Below the pieces are notes generated by a model. The model was not told the origin of the DNA. It was given only the letters and a program-made list of their open reading frames with translations, and did no database searches. 64,000 nt of DNA from Lachnospiraceae bacterium (GTDB taxonomy: Bacteria; Bacillota; Clostridia; Lachnospirales; Lachnospiraceae): positions 59,865-123,864 of the forward strand of contig JAXJSH010000070.1 in NCBI GenBank assembly GCA_036310185.1, read 5' to 3'. Every line of letters starts with the position of its first letter. Positions within the stretch are counted from its first letter, which is position 1. Below, one piece after another: positions 1 through 10,038 of this stretch. A program made the translations under genes and the position numbers.

Positions 1-1777
1 TCAGTTTTATAAATCCCATGTCAAAATCCGCGTTATGGGCCACCATGACAGCACCCTCACAGAAAGCCATAAATTCCGGCAGAATCTTTTCAATATTCGG
101 CGAATCAAGCACCATACCGTCATTGATGCCGGTCAGCTGTTCAATGGAAAATGGAATCGGCCGCTCCGGATTTACAAAGGTAGAAAAACGATCCACAATC
201 TTTCCGTCGGCCACTTTTACCGCACCAATCTCGATAATCTTATGTTTTGCAGCACTGATACCGGTTGTTTCCAGGTCAAATACCACATACGTATTGTCAA
301 TGCCCTGATTTTTGCTGTTGTTGACGATTCCCTTCAGATCATCCACGATATAGCCTTCCATACCGTAAAGGACTTTAAAATCGGAATCTTTCAGCGGCGC
401 ACCCCAGTCAAAAAGGTGGTTTGCCTCCGGGAATGCCTGAACCACACCGTGATCCGTGATCGCGCAGGCTTTGTGTCCCCATTTTGCAGCCTGAAGCAGA
501 ATATCTTTTGCATTGGACACACCGTCCATATCGCTCATTTTCGTATGACAATGTAGTTCCACACGCTTCTCCGGAGCCGTATCCATACGGCCCTGTTCAA
601 AGCTCGCAATCGTTTTTACACCACGCACGGAACCAATGGTCAGTTCATTGTCAAAACGGTCAATGACCGTAATCCCTTTTATCTTAAGGTAAGCGCCTTT
701 CTTTATGGCCCCCTTCAGTTCTCCTGTTTCCGGGGTCGGTACAAACATTTTGCAGGTAATGCTGTCCGTAAAATCCGTAATGCTGAAAATCAGAATACTC
801 TTATCATTTTTGATATCACGCTGATCCACGGCCATAACTTTGCCGCGCACAACAATCTCACCCATCTCTGTGATGACCGAACTGAGCGGAATGCTGTCCT
901 CCTCAAAATCTCTTCCATAGATGACATCCGGATTGTTGGACTGACGAATGCCTCCGTAACGTCTGGATCTGTCTTCTGCGCCTTTTTCGCCGCTGCTCTT
1001 TTTTGCACCGAATTTCTGGCTGCCTGTTTTTGCAGCTGCCGCTTTTCCGGCTCCGTTCTTTCCGGCATCTTTGTTTCCGGAGCTGTCCTTTGCTGCCGAA
1101 GTTCCATCTGCTTTCACCGAACCGGTATCTTTACCTGCCTCTGCTGCCGCCTGTGCATCTGCTTCTTCAGTGTTTTTCCCATGTTTTCCGAACACACGCT
1201 CCACAATGTTCTGGGCCTCCTGCTGGACGCGGAGTTCACTGTTTTTACGATTGGCACTCTCGCCCCGCTTTTCATATTTTATATCGATAATTGTGGAAAA
1301 TCCGGCACGTTCACAGAATATCTTTTCCAGAATCCGATAGATTTCCTCATGTTTTCCACGGCCGATCACCGTGTCTGCAAGGGTCACTTCCATATGATTT
1401 GATTCATGAAAGACCACTTTTCCATTGATAAAAATATTGTGAAGCAGCGCATTATAGGTCTTCAGTTCCAGTAAAATACTGCTGCGGTATACCTCGTAAA
1501 AATTCTCCGGAGTGTACTGCGTGGACAGCAAAAAGCGCTCGATGATCTTAACGGTCATCGAGACACCCTGGAACAGCTGACTGGCAATAGCAGTCTCCAG
1601 CTGATATATATATTTTTTATGAATCCACTGTGGGCTGCTTATGTAAACCCGCAAATGATCCCGATCGCGATTAATGGCAACTTTGGTGACCGTAACCTGC
1701 TCCAGCAGTTCTGCCAGTTTTCCATCCAGTTTCAGATTTGGAAACACGTCGAGAAATTGTTTTTTTGTTTGTAACAT
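1..1777 (-). CDS. polC: DNA polymerase III PolC-type, N-terminal part (gene continues beyond window start)
   Basis: Manual minus-strand translation from the ATG at 1775-1777 (MLQTKKQFLDVFPNLKLDGK...) stays open to position 1. It contains the PHP motif VELHCHTKMSDMDGV and the exonuclease motif YVVFDLETTGIS..KIIEIGAVKV. It lies 1 nt after the ispG stop, which is the classical ispG-polC order. It is missing from the ORF track because no stop codon lies inside the window. Confidence 0.9.
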   Translation of the reverse strand, partial: MLQTKKQFLDVFPNLKLDGKLAELLEQVTVTKVAINRDRDHLRVYISSPQWIHKKYIYQLETAIASQLFQGVSMTVKIIERFLLSTQYTPENFYEVYRSSILLELKTYNALLHNIFINGKVVFHESNHMEVTLADTVIGRGKHEEIYRILEKIFCERAGFSTIIDIKYEKRGESANRKNSELRVQQEAQNIVERVFGKHGKNTEEADAQAAAEAGKDTGSVKADGTSAAKDSSGNKDAGKNGAGKAAAAKTGSQKFGAKKSSGEKGAEDRSRRYGGIRQSNNPDVIYGRDFEEDSIPLSSVITEMGEIVVRGKVMAVDQRDIKNDKSILIFSITDFTDSITCKMFVPTPETGELKGAIKKGAYLKIKGITVIDRFDNELTIGSVRGVKTIASFEQGRMDTAPEKRVELHCHTKMSDMDGVSNAKDILLQAAKWGHKACAITDHGVVQAFPEANHLFDWGAPLKDSDFKVLYGMEGYIVDDLKGIVNNSKNQGIDNTYVVFDLETTGISAAKHKIIEIGAVKVADGKIVDRFSTFVNPERPIPFSIEQLTGINDGMVLDSPNIEKILPEFMAFCEGAVMVAHNADFDMGFIKL

Positions 1778-1778
1778 G

Positions 1779-2834
1779 CTATTTACCCCAGTTTTGCAGT
1801 TCTTCACGCAGGCAGTTCAGAAGTTCACGCTCCGGAAGTTTTTTCACGATCTCGCCTTTTTTAATCAAAAGGCCTTCACCGATTCCGCCCGCGATTCCGA
1901 TATCTGCACCTTTTGCTTCGCCCGGTCCGTTTACAACGCAGCCCATTACAGCTACTTTGATATCCAGGTCAAAATCCTGTACCATGGTTTCCACCTGATT
2001 GGCCAGACCGATCAGGTCGATCTGTGTGCGGCCGCAGGTCGGACAGGAAACAACTTCGATGCCTCCTTTTCGAAGGCCCAGTGTTTTCAAAATACGTTTT
2101 GCAGACTTGATTTCCTCCACCGGATCTCCGGTCAGTGATACACGAATCGTATCGCCGATGCCCTGATACAGAATGATACCGAGACCGACCGCCGACTTAA
2201 TATTTCCGGAAAACAGCGTACCGGACTCTGTAATTCCCACATGAATCGGATAATTGATTTTTTCCGCGATCAGTTCATGGGCTTTGGCACACATCATAAC
2301 ATCGGATGATTTGATGCTGATAACCAGATTATCATAGCCCAGATTTTCAATGATTTTTACCTTATCAAGGGCACTTTCCACAATCCCTTCCGCCGTAACG
2401 CCGTGGTATTTCTCCACCAGATTTTTCTCCAGAGAACCGCTGTTTACACCCACACGAATGGGAATATTCCGTTCTTTTGCCACATTCACTACAGCCTTGA
2501 TCCGATCAATGTTTCCAATGTTGCCCGGATTGATACGGATCTTGTCCGCACCGTTTTCCATGGATGCGATTGCCAGTTTATAATCGAAATGAATATCTGC
2601 GACCAGCGGAATGTGAATCTGTTTCTTTATTTCTGTCAGCGCTTTTGCCGCTTCCATGGTTGGAACGGCACAGCGGATGATCTCGCATCCGGCTTTTTCA
2701 AGTGCCAGAATCTGTGCGACCGTAGCCTCCACATCCTCGGTTTTTGTGTTCGTCATGGACTGAATCAGGATTTTGTTTCCGCCTCCGATAAAACGATTGC
2801 CAATCTGGATGACTTTTGTGTGATCTCGATACAT
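1779..2834 (-). CDS. ispG: 4-hydroxy-3-methylbut-2-en-1-yl diphosphate synthase (flavodoxin)
   Basis: 351 aa. Typical IspG/GcpE sequence (IQSMTNTKTEDVEATV..., C-terminal CPTCGR and MGCVVNGPGE Fe-S motifs). Confidence 0.95.
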   Translation of the reverse strand: MYRDHTKVIQIGNRFIGGGNKILIQSMTNTKTEDVEATVAQILALEKAGCEIIRCAVPTMEAAKALTEIKKQIHIPLVADIHFDYKLAIASMENGADKIRINPGNIGNIDRIKAVVNVAKERNIPIRVGVNSGSLEKNLVEKYHGVTAEGIVESALDKVKIIENLGYDNLVISIKSSDVMMCAKAHELIAEKINYPIHVGITESGTLFSGNIKSAVGLGIILYQGIGDTIRVSLTGDPVEEIKSAKRILKTLGLRKGGIEVVSCPTCGRTQIDLIGLANQVETMVQDFDLDIKVAVMGCVVNGPGEAKGADIGIAGGIGEGLLIKKGEIVKKLPERELLNCLREELQNWGK

Positions 2835-3247
2835 AAAACGCTCCTCTCTTCTGCGCTTATCTGGCCCCCGTTCGAACCAGTCTGTGCAGTAATTCTTTGT
2901 TTTATTTTTAACTTGTACTCATATTGTTATTGATCATAGACAAAATAAGAGCCGTATATAAAGACACGGCCCCTCGCTTTCACTCCAGTTCTATTATAGC
3001 GAACACATCCGGAAAAAACAAGGCAATGTTATTCAAATAAGCGTATCGGTTTCTGCAGCTGAAGTGAAAATTTTGTTTCCACTTTGAAAGGAAAATAGAT
3101 TTTCGTCTTTCGGGTTATACCCCTTTCTGCTTCATTACAGGAGGCGGCATAGGCCGAACACTCTTGAGAAAAAGCGTAAACCAATATTGACAATATCATT
3201 TTTGCAGAACTTTCCGGACAAGTTCTTTAAAAAATCCACAATTTCCC

Positions 3248-3276
3248 TTGCAGTCACAAAACAAAAGTTTTACAAT
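3248..3276 (+). promoter_or_regulatory. Putative sigma-A promoter of ilvE (TTGCAG-17 nt-TACAAT)
   Basis: -35 TTGCAG at 3248-3253, 17-nt spacer, -10 TACAAT at 3271-3276, about 95 nt upstream of the ilvE ATG. Confidence 0.45.
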
Positions 3277-3370
3277 GTTAAACAGATATATCATTAAACT
3301 GTCCGGCAGTCCTCAAACACAGAAGACCGGAAAGGTTTAATTTTGAACAACACGAACGGAGGAATTTATT

Positions 3371-4396
3371 ATGGAAAAAAAGAATATCGACTGGGGTAAT
3401 CTTGGATTTGGCTATGTACAGACCGATTATCGCTATGTTTCAAATTTTAAAAACGGTGCCTGGGATGAAGGCGGTCTTACCACAGATGCAAATATTTCCA
3501 TCAGTGAATGTGCAGGTGTCCTGCAGTACGCACAGACCGTATTCGAAGGCCTGAAAGCATATACAACCGAAGACGGACGTATCGTAACATTCCGTCCTGA
3601 CTTAAATGCCGAACGTCTGGAACAGTCTGCAAAAAGACTTGAGATTCCGGTATTCCCGAAAGAACGCTTTATCGACGCCGTTGTTGAAACCGTAAAAGCA
3701 AACGCAGCTTACGTTCCGCCATTCGGCTCCGGTGCAACTTTATATCTTCGTCCATTCATGTTCGGTTCCAACCCGGTTATCGGCGTAAAACCGGCTGACG
3801 AATATCAGTTCCGTATTTTTGCTACTCCGGTTGGCCCGTACTTCAAAGGCGGCGTAAAACCGCTGACCATCCGTGTATGTGATTTTGACCGTGCAGCTCC
3901 ATGCGGAACCGGCCATATCAAAGCTGGTCTGAACTATGCCATGAGTCTGCATGCCATCGTTGATGCTCACAACCAGGGCTACGACGAAAACATGTATCTG
4001 GATGCAAAAACACGTACGAAAGTAGAAGAAACCGGCGGTGCAAACTTCCTCTTCGTTACAAAAGACGGAAAAGTTGTTACTCCGAAATCCAATACCATCC
4101 TGCCGTCCATCACACGCCGCTCTCTTATTTATGTTGCAAAAGAGTACCTTGGTTTGGAAGCGGAAGAAAGAGAAGTTTATGTTGACGAGTTGGGTGACTT
4201 TGCAGAATGTGGTCTCTGCGGTACTGCTGCTGTTATCTCTCCAGTCGGCAAAATCGTTAACCATGACAAAGAAATCTGTCTGCCGAGCGGCATGACTGAA
4301 ATGGGCCCGATTACTAAGAAACTGTATGATACTTTAACTGGTATTCAGATGGGTCGCATTGAGGCACCGGAAGGCTGGATCAAAGAAATCCTGTAA
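3371..4396 (+). CDS. ilvE: Branched-chain amino acid aminotransferase
   Basis: 341 aa, class IV aminotransferase pattern (VFEGLKAY...RPDLNAERL...GTGHIKAGLNYA). RBS GGAGGA lies 8 nt upstream. Confidence 0.9.
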   Translation: MEKKNIDWGNLGFGYVQTDYRYVSNFKNGAWDEGGLTTDANISISECAGVLQYAQTVFEGLKAYTTEDGRIVTFRPDLNAERLEQSAKRLEIPVFPKERFIDAVVETVKANAAYVPPFGSGATLYLRPFMFGSNPVIGVKPADEYQFRIFATPVGPYFKGGVKPLTIRVCDFDRAAPCGTGHIKAGLNYAMSLHAIVDAHNQGYDENMYLDAKTRTKVEETGGANFLFVTKDGKVVTPKSNTILPSITRRSLIYVAKEYLGLEAEEREVYVDELGDFAECGLCGTAAVISPVGKIVNHDKEICLPSGMTEMGPITKKLYDTLTGIQMGRIEAPEGWIKEIL

Positions 4397-4449
4397 ATTT
4401 CATATATTAAAAAAGGGGCAGATTAAATCAGTCCCCGGATTGTAAACAA

Positions 4450-4496
4450 AGGCTTTGTTTTGACTGAAAAATCAGAAGAAACAAAGCCTCTTTTTG
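4450..4496 (+). terminator. Rho-independent terminator after ilvE
   Basis: 11-bp stem AGGCTTTGTTT/AAACAAAGCCT (4450-4460 and 4479-4489) followed by CTTTTTG. Confidence 0.6.
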
Positions 4497-4646
4497 TTAT
4501 GTGCGGGGTCTTGCATATGCAATCTTAAATTTGCTGTGCTGAATTTAACCAAATCCCCTGCCTGTATATACAAAAAGAAGCTGATAAAACCACAATATCA
4601 CTTAATTTATAAATAACATTGGATAAAACCAGCCTCTTCTTTTATT

Positions 4647-5141
4647 TTAATCTTGTTTCTTCACATAAGCAGCAAATACATATTCCAAATCAAAATAAGT
4701 CTGCTCGTCGCTTTCTTTTTCCAGTTTCCACTCCGGCATCTCATCCAGATTCGGGAAATAAGTATCCGCCTGATATGCAAAGTCAATTTTCGTCACATAT
4801 GCAGTATCACAATACGGAAGCAGCAGCTTGTAAATACTGTCACCGCCAATACAATACACATCATCCGCCGGATATTTTGCTATTTCTTCCAACAGAGAGT
4901 CCAGATCATGCACCACTGTGGCTCCCTTTACCTGAAAATCTTTGTTTCTGCTGAGAACAATATTCGTTCTGCTTTTCAATGGCTGTCCGTTCGGAAAACT
5001 CTCCAGCGTTTTTCTTCCCATGACAACTACTTTGTTTGCTGTCTGGGTACGGAAAAATTTCATATCAGCAGGAATGCTGACCAGAAGTTTGTTATCTTTT
5101 CCGATGGCCCAGTTCTTATCTACTGCTACGATTAACTTCAT
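4647..5141 (-). CDS. folA: Dihydrofolate reductase
   Basis: 164 aa. DHFR pattern MKLIVAVDKNWAIGKDNKLL...VVMGRKTLESFP. Downstream of thyA on the same strand. Confidence 0.9.
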   Translation of the reverse strand: MKLIVAVDKNWAIGKDNKLLVSIPADMKFFRTQTANKVVVMGRKTLESFPNGQPLKSRTNIVLSRNKDFQVKGATVVHDLDSLLEEIAKYPADDVYCIGGDSIYKLLLPYCDTAYVTKIDFAYQADTYFPNLDEMPEWKLEKESDEQTYFDLEYVFAAYVKKQD

Positions 5142-5323
5142 CTTTTTCTCCTCAGATTCTTATTTATCATATTGAAACCGATTTTTGCACCCGGATAATG
5201 GTATAAAAATAATAACTATTCAAAAATACATATATGAAGGTGTACATGGGAATTCACTCACCAAATTCTCTCTGCACCTTTTCTCTGTGCATATACGTAC
5301 CATTATCCTTATAAAAAATCTTA

Positions 5324-6175
5324 TTATACTGCAATCGGAATATTTTTCACCTGTGGACCTGCCTGATAATTCTCTACAGTCAGATCATCTGTGGTGAAAT
5401 CGTAAAAGTTTTTGATTTCCGGATTCAGTGTTACTTTCGGTGCATCAAAAGTTTCTCTTGTGATCAGTTCTTTCACAACCGGTATATGACGGTCGTAAAT
5501 GTGGGCATCCGCAATTACGTGTACAAATTCGCCCACATTCATGTTGCTCACCTGTGCAAACATCATGGTAAGCAATGCGTACTGACATACATTCCAGTTA
5601 TTAGCTGCCAGAACATCCTGAGAGCGCTGATTTAAAATCGCATTCAGCGTAAGTCTGTCCTCTCCCGGTCTCTGAGTCACGTTAAAAGTCATGGAATATG
5701 CACATGGATATAATGCCATTTCGTTCAAATCCTGGTGTACATAAATATTGGTCATGATGCGGCGGCTGTAAGGATTGTTTTTCAGATCATACAGTACACG
5801 GTCTACCTGGTCAAACATGCCCTCTTTATATTGATGTTTTACCCCAAGCTGGTATCCGTAGGCCTTTCCGATGGAACCGTTTTCGTCTGCCCACGCATCC
5901 CAGATGTGGGGTTTCAGGTCGTGGATATTGTTTGATTTTTTCTGCCAGATCCAGAGAATCTCATCCATACAGCTTTTCAAAGCGGTCTTGCGCAGCGTGA
6001 TCGCCGGAAATTCTTTTCTCAAATCATATCGGTTTACCACACCAAATTTTTTTATAGTATAGGCAAACTCTCCTGTGTCCTCCCATTTTGGACGAACTTT
6101 TTCTCCTTCCGTGCTGACACCGTTTGCAATAATGTCCTGACACATATCAATAAAAATCTTATCTGCAATACTCAT
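5324..6175 (-). CDS. thyA: Thymidylate synthase (ThyA type)
   Basis: 283 aa. The conserved active-site region is recognisable (ALYPCAYSMTFNV, RSQDVLAANNWNVCQYALL). Confidence 0.93.
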   Translation of the reverse strand: MSIADKIFIDMCQDIIANGVSTEGEKVRPKWEDTGEFAYTIKKFGVVNRYDLRKEFPAITLRKTALKSCMDEILWIWQKKSNNIHDLKPHIWDAWADENGSIGKAYGYQLGVKHQYKEGMFDQVDRVLYDLKNNPYSRRIMTNIYVHQDLNEMALYPCAYSMTFNVTQRPGEDRLTLNAILNQRSQDVLAANNWNVCQYALLTMMFAQVSNMNVGEFVHVIADAHIYDRHIPVVKELITRETFDAPKVTLNPEIKNFYDFTTDDLTVENYQAGPQVKNIPIAV

Positions 6176-6212
6176 TTCATATTTCTCCTATCAAGTACAA
6201 TGCTACAGACTT

Positions 6213-6241
6213 ATTATAATATAGGAAACACCCCAGCGCAA
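6213..6241 (-). promoter_or_regulatory. Putative sigma-A promoter of thyA (TTGCGC-17-TATAAT)
   Basis: Read on the minus strand: TTGCGC (6236-6241), 17-nt spacer, TATAAT (6213-6218), about 38 nt upstream of the thyA ATG. Confidence 0.4.
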
Positions 6242-6354
6242 GGCAGAACCCCGCCTCGCGTTCACTTTTCATCCTGCAACATTTCCCTCCATTCTGTAAA
6301 AGTGAATGTAACATACCTTTTACACATATGTCACACCTTCTGAATAATTACTAA

Positions 6355-6389
6355 AATTTGAAAAGGGTGAGGTAAAATCTACCTCACCC
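6355..6389 (-). terminator. Rho-independent terminator overlapping the acyP stop codon
   Basis: 10-bp stem GGGTGAGGTA/TACCTCACCC (6365-6374 and 6380-6389). On the minus strand it is followed by TTTTCAAATTTT. Confidence 0.55.
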
Positions 6390-6648
6390 GAAAACCGCTC
6401 TCTTCGATAGGCGGCATATTAATTTTGCTGATATGATCAATGCGAATCCAGCGCTGGGATTGAATTTTGAGCAGCAGCCGGTCTATGGATTCTTCCAGTC
6501 CCTGGGCTTCCATGGTCACGGTTCCATCCCATTCGTTTCGCACCCAGCCAGTTACACCAAGGGTATCTGCGGCATACTTTGCATTGTAACGAAATCCCAC
6601 ACCCTGGACCCGACCGGTAAAAACATAGTGTCTCCGTATTATGCTCAT
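6379..6648 (-). CDS. acyP: Acylphosphatase
   Basis: 89 aa. Signature VTGRVQGVGFRY and GWVRN...DGTV. Confidence 0.85.
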   Translation of the reverse strand: MSIIRRHYVFTGRVQGVGFRYNAKYAADTLGVTGWVRNEWDGTVTMEAQGLEESIDRLLLKIQSQRWIRIDHISKINMPPIEESGFRVR

Positions 6649-6693
6649 GATTTTCTCCTGTACATTTACGAATTCATCTGTATTATGCAGCTT

Positions 6694-9243
6694 TTACTCT
6701 ACTGATACAACCTCATAATCCTGAGCTTCTACCGTACTTTTCAGCACATCATCTGCAATCTCCGCATTCAGTTTCACAATTGCGGTTCCATCCTGATGGC
6801 TTACAATCGCCTCATCCACTTCCGGAAGTGCTTCCAGCACTTTTTTCACTCTGCCTGAGCAGTGACCACACATCATACCATTAATTTTCATTGTTCTTTC
6901 CATCTTTTTGTTCTCCTTTGCGTTCTTTGTTTTCTTTGCTTTTATTTTTCTGTCTCTGCTGGCATCATACATGGAGAAAAAGTTCAATCTCAACGCATTT
7001 GTCACCACACAGAAACTGGATAAACTCATAGCAGCCGCGCCAAACATGGGATTTAACTGCCATCCGAAAATGGGGATGAACACGCCGGCGGCCAGAGGAA
7101 TACCGATACAGTTGTAGAAAAATGCCCAGAACAGATTTTGATGAATATTCCGCAGCGCAGCGCGGCTCAGACGGATCGCCGCCGGTACGTCACTGAGACG
7201 GCTTTTCATCAATACCACATCAGCTGCATCAATTGCTATATCCGTGCCTGCGCCAATGGCAATTCCCATATCAGCTCTTGTCAGAGCCGGCGCATCATTG
7301 ATGCCGTCGCCAACCATGGCTGTTTTCCCTTTTTCTTTCAGTGCACGGATGACACTTTCTTTTCCTTCCGGAAGCACTCCGGCGATGACTTCGTCTACGC
7401 CTGCCTGGGCGCCGATTGCTTTTGCAGTACGCTCATTATCACCGGTCAGCATAACGACTTTGATGCCCATGTTCTGCAATTCTTTCACTGCCTGGGGGCT
7501 GTCTTCTTTTATCACATCCGCAACTGCGATAATACCAAGCAGCTTACCGTCCGCACTGAAAAACAATGGTGTTTTTCCTGCATTTGCAAACTCTTCTGCT
7601 TTTTCTTCTATTTCTTTTGAAACTTTTGCATTTCCCCGGATAAAGTTCAGATTTCCACCAGCCAGCTTTTTCTGCTGCCACATTCCCGTAAGACCGTTGC
7701 CCGGCACCGCCTGGAAGTCTGAAATCTCCTGTTTGGGCAGATTTTGCTTCTCCCCATATGCAATGATCGCTCTTGCCAGCGGATGCTCGCTTTTTAATTC
7801 CAATGCATGCGCAGCATCCAGAAGTTCTCTTTCTGTATATCCCGCTGTCGGGTAAATATCTGTCACTTTCGGTTCACCACTGGTAATGGTTCCTGTTTTG
7901 TCAAGAGCCACAATCTGGATCTTTCCGGTTTCTTCCAAAGAAACCGCCGTTTTAAACATGATACCGTGTTTTGCACCCATACCATTGCCCACCATGATTG
8001 CAACCGGAGTTGCAAGACCAAGTGCACACGGACAGCTGATTACCAGAACGGAAATTCCGCGCGCCAGAGCGAATCCAATGGTCTGTCCGGCCAGCAGCCA
8101 GACAATAGTCGTAATCACTGCAATGGTAATTACTGTCGGCACAAAGATGCCGGATACTTTATCCGCGATTTTTGCAATCGGCGCTTTTGTGGCAGCCGCA
8201 TCACTGACCATCTGAATAATCTGTGATAAAGTGGTATCTTCACCGACTCTGGATGCTTCACATTTCAGATATCCGGACTGATTCAGCGTTGCCGCAGATA
8301 CTCCGTCACCGACTTCTTTGTCCACCGGAATGCTCTCTCCTGTCAGCGCTGATTCATTGACCGCACTGTGACCTTCCACTACAACGCCGTCTACTGGAAT
8401 ATTTTCGCCCGGGCGGACTGCAAAAATATCTCCGATGCGAACCTGTTCAACAGGCACTTCTACTTCCTGTCCGTCCCGAATCAGAGTAGCCGTCTTTGGT
8501 GCCAGCTTCATCAGACTCTTCAGTGCATCTGTGGTCTTTCCTTTTGAGCGTGCTTCCAGCATTTTTCCTACTGTGATCAATGCCAGAATCATTGCCGCTG
8601 ATTCAAAGTAAAATTCATGCATATAGGACATTACTGCTTCCACGTCACCTTTTACCTGCGCATCTGTCATGGCAAAAAGCGCATAAAGACTGTAGATAAA
8701 GGATGCCCCAGATCCAAGCGCGACCAGTGTATCCATATTCGGCGCTTTATGCATCAGACCTTTGAATCCGTTGACAAAAAATTTCTTATTGATAACCATA
8801 ATCGCAATGGTCAAAAGCAGCTGTACCAGCCCCACTGCAATATGATTTCCGTCAAAAAACGAAGGCAGCGGCCAGCCCCACATGGTATGTCCCATGGAAA
8901 AATACATAAGCGGAATCAGAAGGACAAGCGATAGAACCAGCCTGCGTTTCAGCACCGGCGTTTCCTTGTCTTTTAACATCTCTTCATATTCCGAAGCCAT
9001 ATTTCGTCCGCCGTTTTTTCCATCTTTACTGCCGGAACCTTTTTGGGTTGCTCCGTATCCGGCATGCTCCACTGCCGCAATGACCTGCTCCGGTGCGGCT
9101 GTTCCCTCTACGCCCATGGAGTTGGTCAACAGACTGACTGAACAGGCTGTTACACCCGGCACTGCAGAAACTGCCTTTTCTACACGGGCGCTGCAGGCCG
9201 CACAGCTCATACCTGTAACATTATATTGTTCCAAAATCATCAT
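6694..9243 (-). CDS. copA: Copper-translocating P1B-type ATPase with N-terminal and C-terminal HMA domains
   Basis: 849 aa. N-terminal HMA motif [11 protein letters not shown], transmembrane CPC motif ([11 protein letters not shown]), DKTGT phosphorylation site, GDGINDAP hinge. A second HMA domain ([11 protein letters not shown]) forms the last ~69 aa. Confidence 0.95.
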   Translation of the reverse strand: MMILEQYNVTGMSCAACSARVEKAVSAVPGVTACSVSLLTNSMGVEGTAAPEQVIAAVEHAGYGATQKGSGSKDGKNGGRNMASEYEEMLKDKETPVLKRRLVLSLVLLIPLMYFSMGHTMWGWPLPSFFDGNHIAVGLVQLLLTIAIMVINKKFFVNGFKGLMHKAPNMDTLVALGSGASFIYSLYALFAMTDAQVKGDVEAVMSYMHEFYFESAAMILALITVGKMLEARSKGKTTDALKSLMKLAPKTATLIRDGQEVEVPVEQVRIGDIFAVRPGENIPVDGVVVEGHSAVNESALTGESIPVDKEVGDGVSAATLNQSGYLKCEASRVGEDTTLSQIIQMVSDAAATKAPIAKIADKVSGIFVPTVITIAVITTIVWLLAGQTIGFALARGISVLVISCPCALGLATPVAIMVGNGMGAKHGIMFKTAVSLEETGKIQIVALDKTGTITSGEPKVTDIYPTAGYTERELLDAAHALELKSEHPLARAIIAYGEKQNLPKQEISDFQAVPGNGLTGMWQQKKLAGGNLNFIRGNAKVSKEIEEKAEEFANAGKTPLFFSADGKLLGIIAVADVIKEDSPQAVKELQNMGIKVVMLTGDNERTAKAIGAQAGVDEVIAGVLPEGKESVIRALKEKGKTAMVGDGINDAPALTRADMGIAIGAGTDIAIDAADVVLMKSRLSDVPAAIRLSRAALRNIHQNLFWAFFYNCIGIPLAAGVFIPIFGWQLNPMFGAAAMSLSSFCVVTNALRLNFFSMYDASRDRKIKAKKTKNAKENKKMERTMKINGMMCGHCSGRVKKVLEALPEVDEAIVSHQDGTAIVKLNAEIADDVLKSTVEAQDYEVVSVE

Positions 9244-9419
9244 CTCCTTTTATATTGCCAGATATCAAATTTTCATTTTTATCTTTTCGTTGAATTTATT
9301 CCTGTCTGCTATTTTCATAATCCATACTATAGATGAGCAAATATCAAATATTGCACAATTCAGTCCGCTGTACACATGCACAAACTGTGAATAACATTTT
9401 CCATTACCATTTTTGTACT

Positions 9420-9731
9420 TTACTTCATCAGTTTTCCCAGTGTTTTTACCAGTTCATCCACGGTTTCATCCCGACCTGCACGAATATCATCAGCCACACA
9501 GGTTCTGATATGATTCGCCAGAAGCACTTTGTTAAAACTGTTCAGAGCTGCGTTCACTGCTGCCACCTGAACCAGAATATCCGTACAGTATGCATTTTTT
9601 TCCACCATTCCCCGGATTCCTCTGACCTGGCCTTCAATACGATTCAGGCGATTCACCAGATCCCGATATTCTTTTTCTGAACGCTCTTTTGTTTTCCCGC
9701 AGCATTCGCAGATTTCTTTGTTTTCCGCCAT
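9420..9731 (-). CDS. csoR: CsoR-family copper-sensing transcriptional repressor
   Basis: 103 aa. CsoR/RcnR (DUF156) pattern LNRLNRIEGQVRGIRGMVE...YCTDILVQ...H..C. Directly upstream of copA. Confidence 0.85.
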   Translation of the reverse strand: MAENKEICECCGKTKERSEKEYRDLVNRLNRIEGQVRGIRGMVEKNAYCTDILVQVAAVNAALNSFNKVLLANHIRTCVADDIRAGRDETVDELVKTLGKLMK

Positions 9732-9831
9732 ACATGCACCTCCCGGATATTATACCTTTGCATTTTTGCTATTTCATACAGCCATCTGGTCTGCATATTT
9801 TTTGTTTTCGGTAAGTTCTTTTTTGCGCTGT

Positions 9832-9881
9832 ATACCCCTTACCGGTATTTCATATTATTAGTTTATACCCCACCAGGGTAT
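9832..9881 (-). promoter_or_regulatory. Two CsoR-type operator palindromes (ATACCCCTTACCGGTAT and ATACCCCACCAGGGTAT)
   Basis: GC-rich inverted repeats of the ATACCC-N5-GGGTAT type at 9832-9848 and 9865-9881, upstream of csoR. They resemble the known Bacillus copZA operator type TACCC..GGGTA. Confidence 0.6.
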
Positions 9882-9888
9882 TTGTCAA
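9860..9888 (-). promoter_or_regulatory. Putative sigma-A promoter of csoR-copA (TTGACA-17-TAAACT)
   Basis: Minus strand: TTGACA (9883-9888), 17-nt spacer containing the second operator, TAAACT (9860-9865). Confidence 0.55.
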
Positions 9889-9985
9889 TCGATTTATGCT
9901 GTCTGGTATTTTTTCTCATCTAATCTGCTGTAACTAAGCCAGCAGCCACCTTTTAAGCGGTGGTTTAAAAAGTGAACGAATTGAA

Positions 9986-10016
9986 CAGGGGCAGGTGATC
10001 CAAGCACCTGCCCCTG
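9986..10016 (-). terminator. Terminator hairpin ending the glp operon
   Basis: Perfect 12-bp stem CAGGGGCAGGTG/CACCTGCCCCTG with a 7-nt loop, 22 nt after the stop of the micro-ORF. The downstream T-tract is weak and interrupted. Confidence 0.5.
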
Positions 10017-10038
10017 TCCAATTCATTATTTATTCAAA

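Noticed and set aside
790-1402. Several 70-105-aa ORFs on both strands within the first 1.8 kb.
   Set aside because: All lie inside, or antisense to, the continuous polC reading frame, which contains diagnostic PHP and exonuclease motifs.
3091-3104. The palindrome GAAAATAGATTTTC upstream of ilvE, considered as a CodY box (codY is in this window and ilvE is a classical target).
   Set aside because: - The arms are in the opposite order to the consensus AATTTTCWGAAAATT.
- The site lies ~145 nt upstream of the predicted -35 box.
- Without a motif scan or comparative data this cannot be supported.
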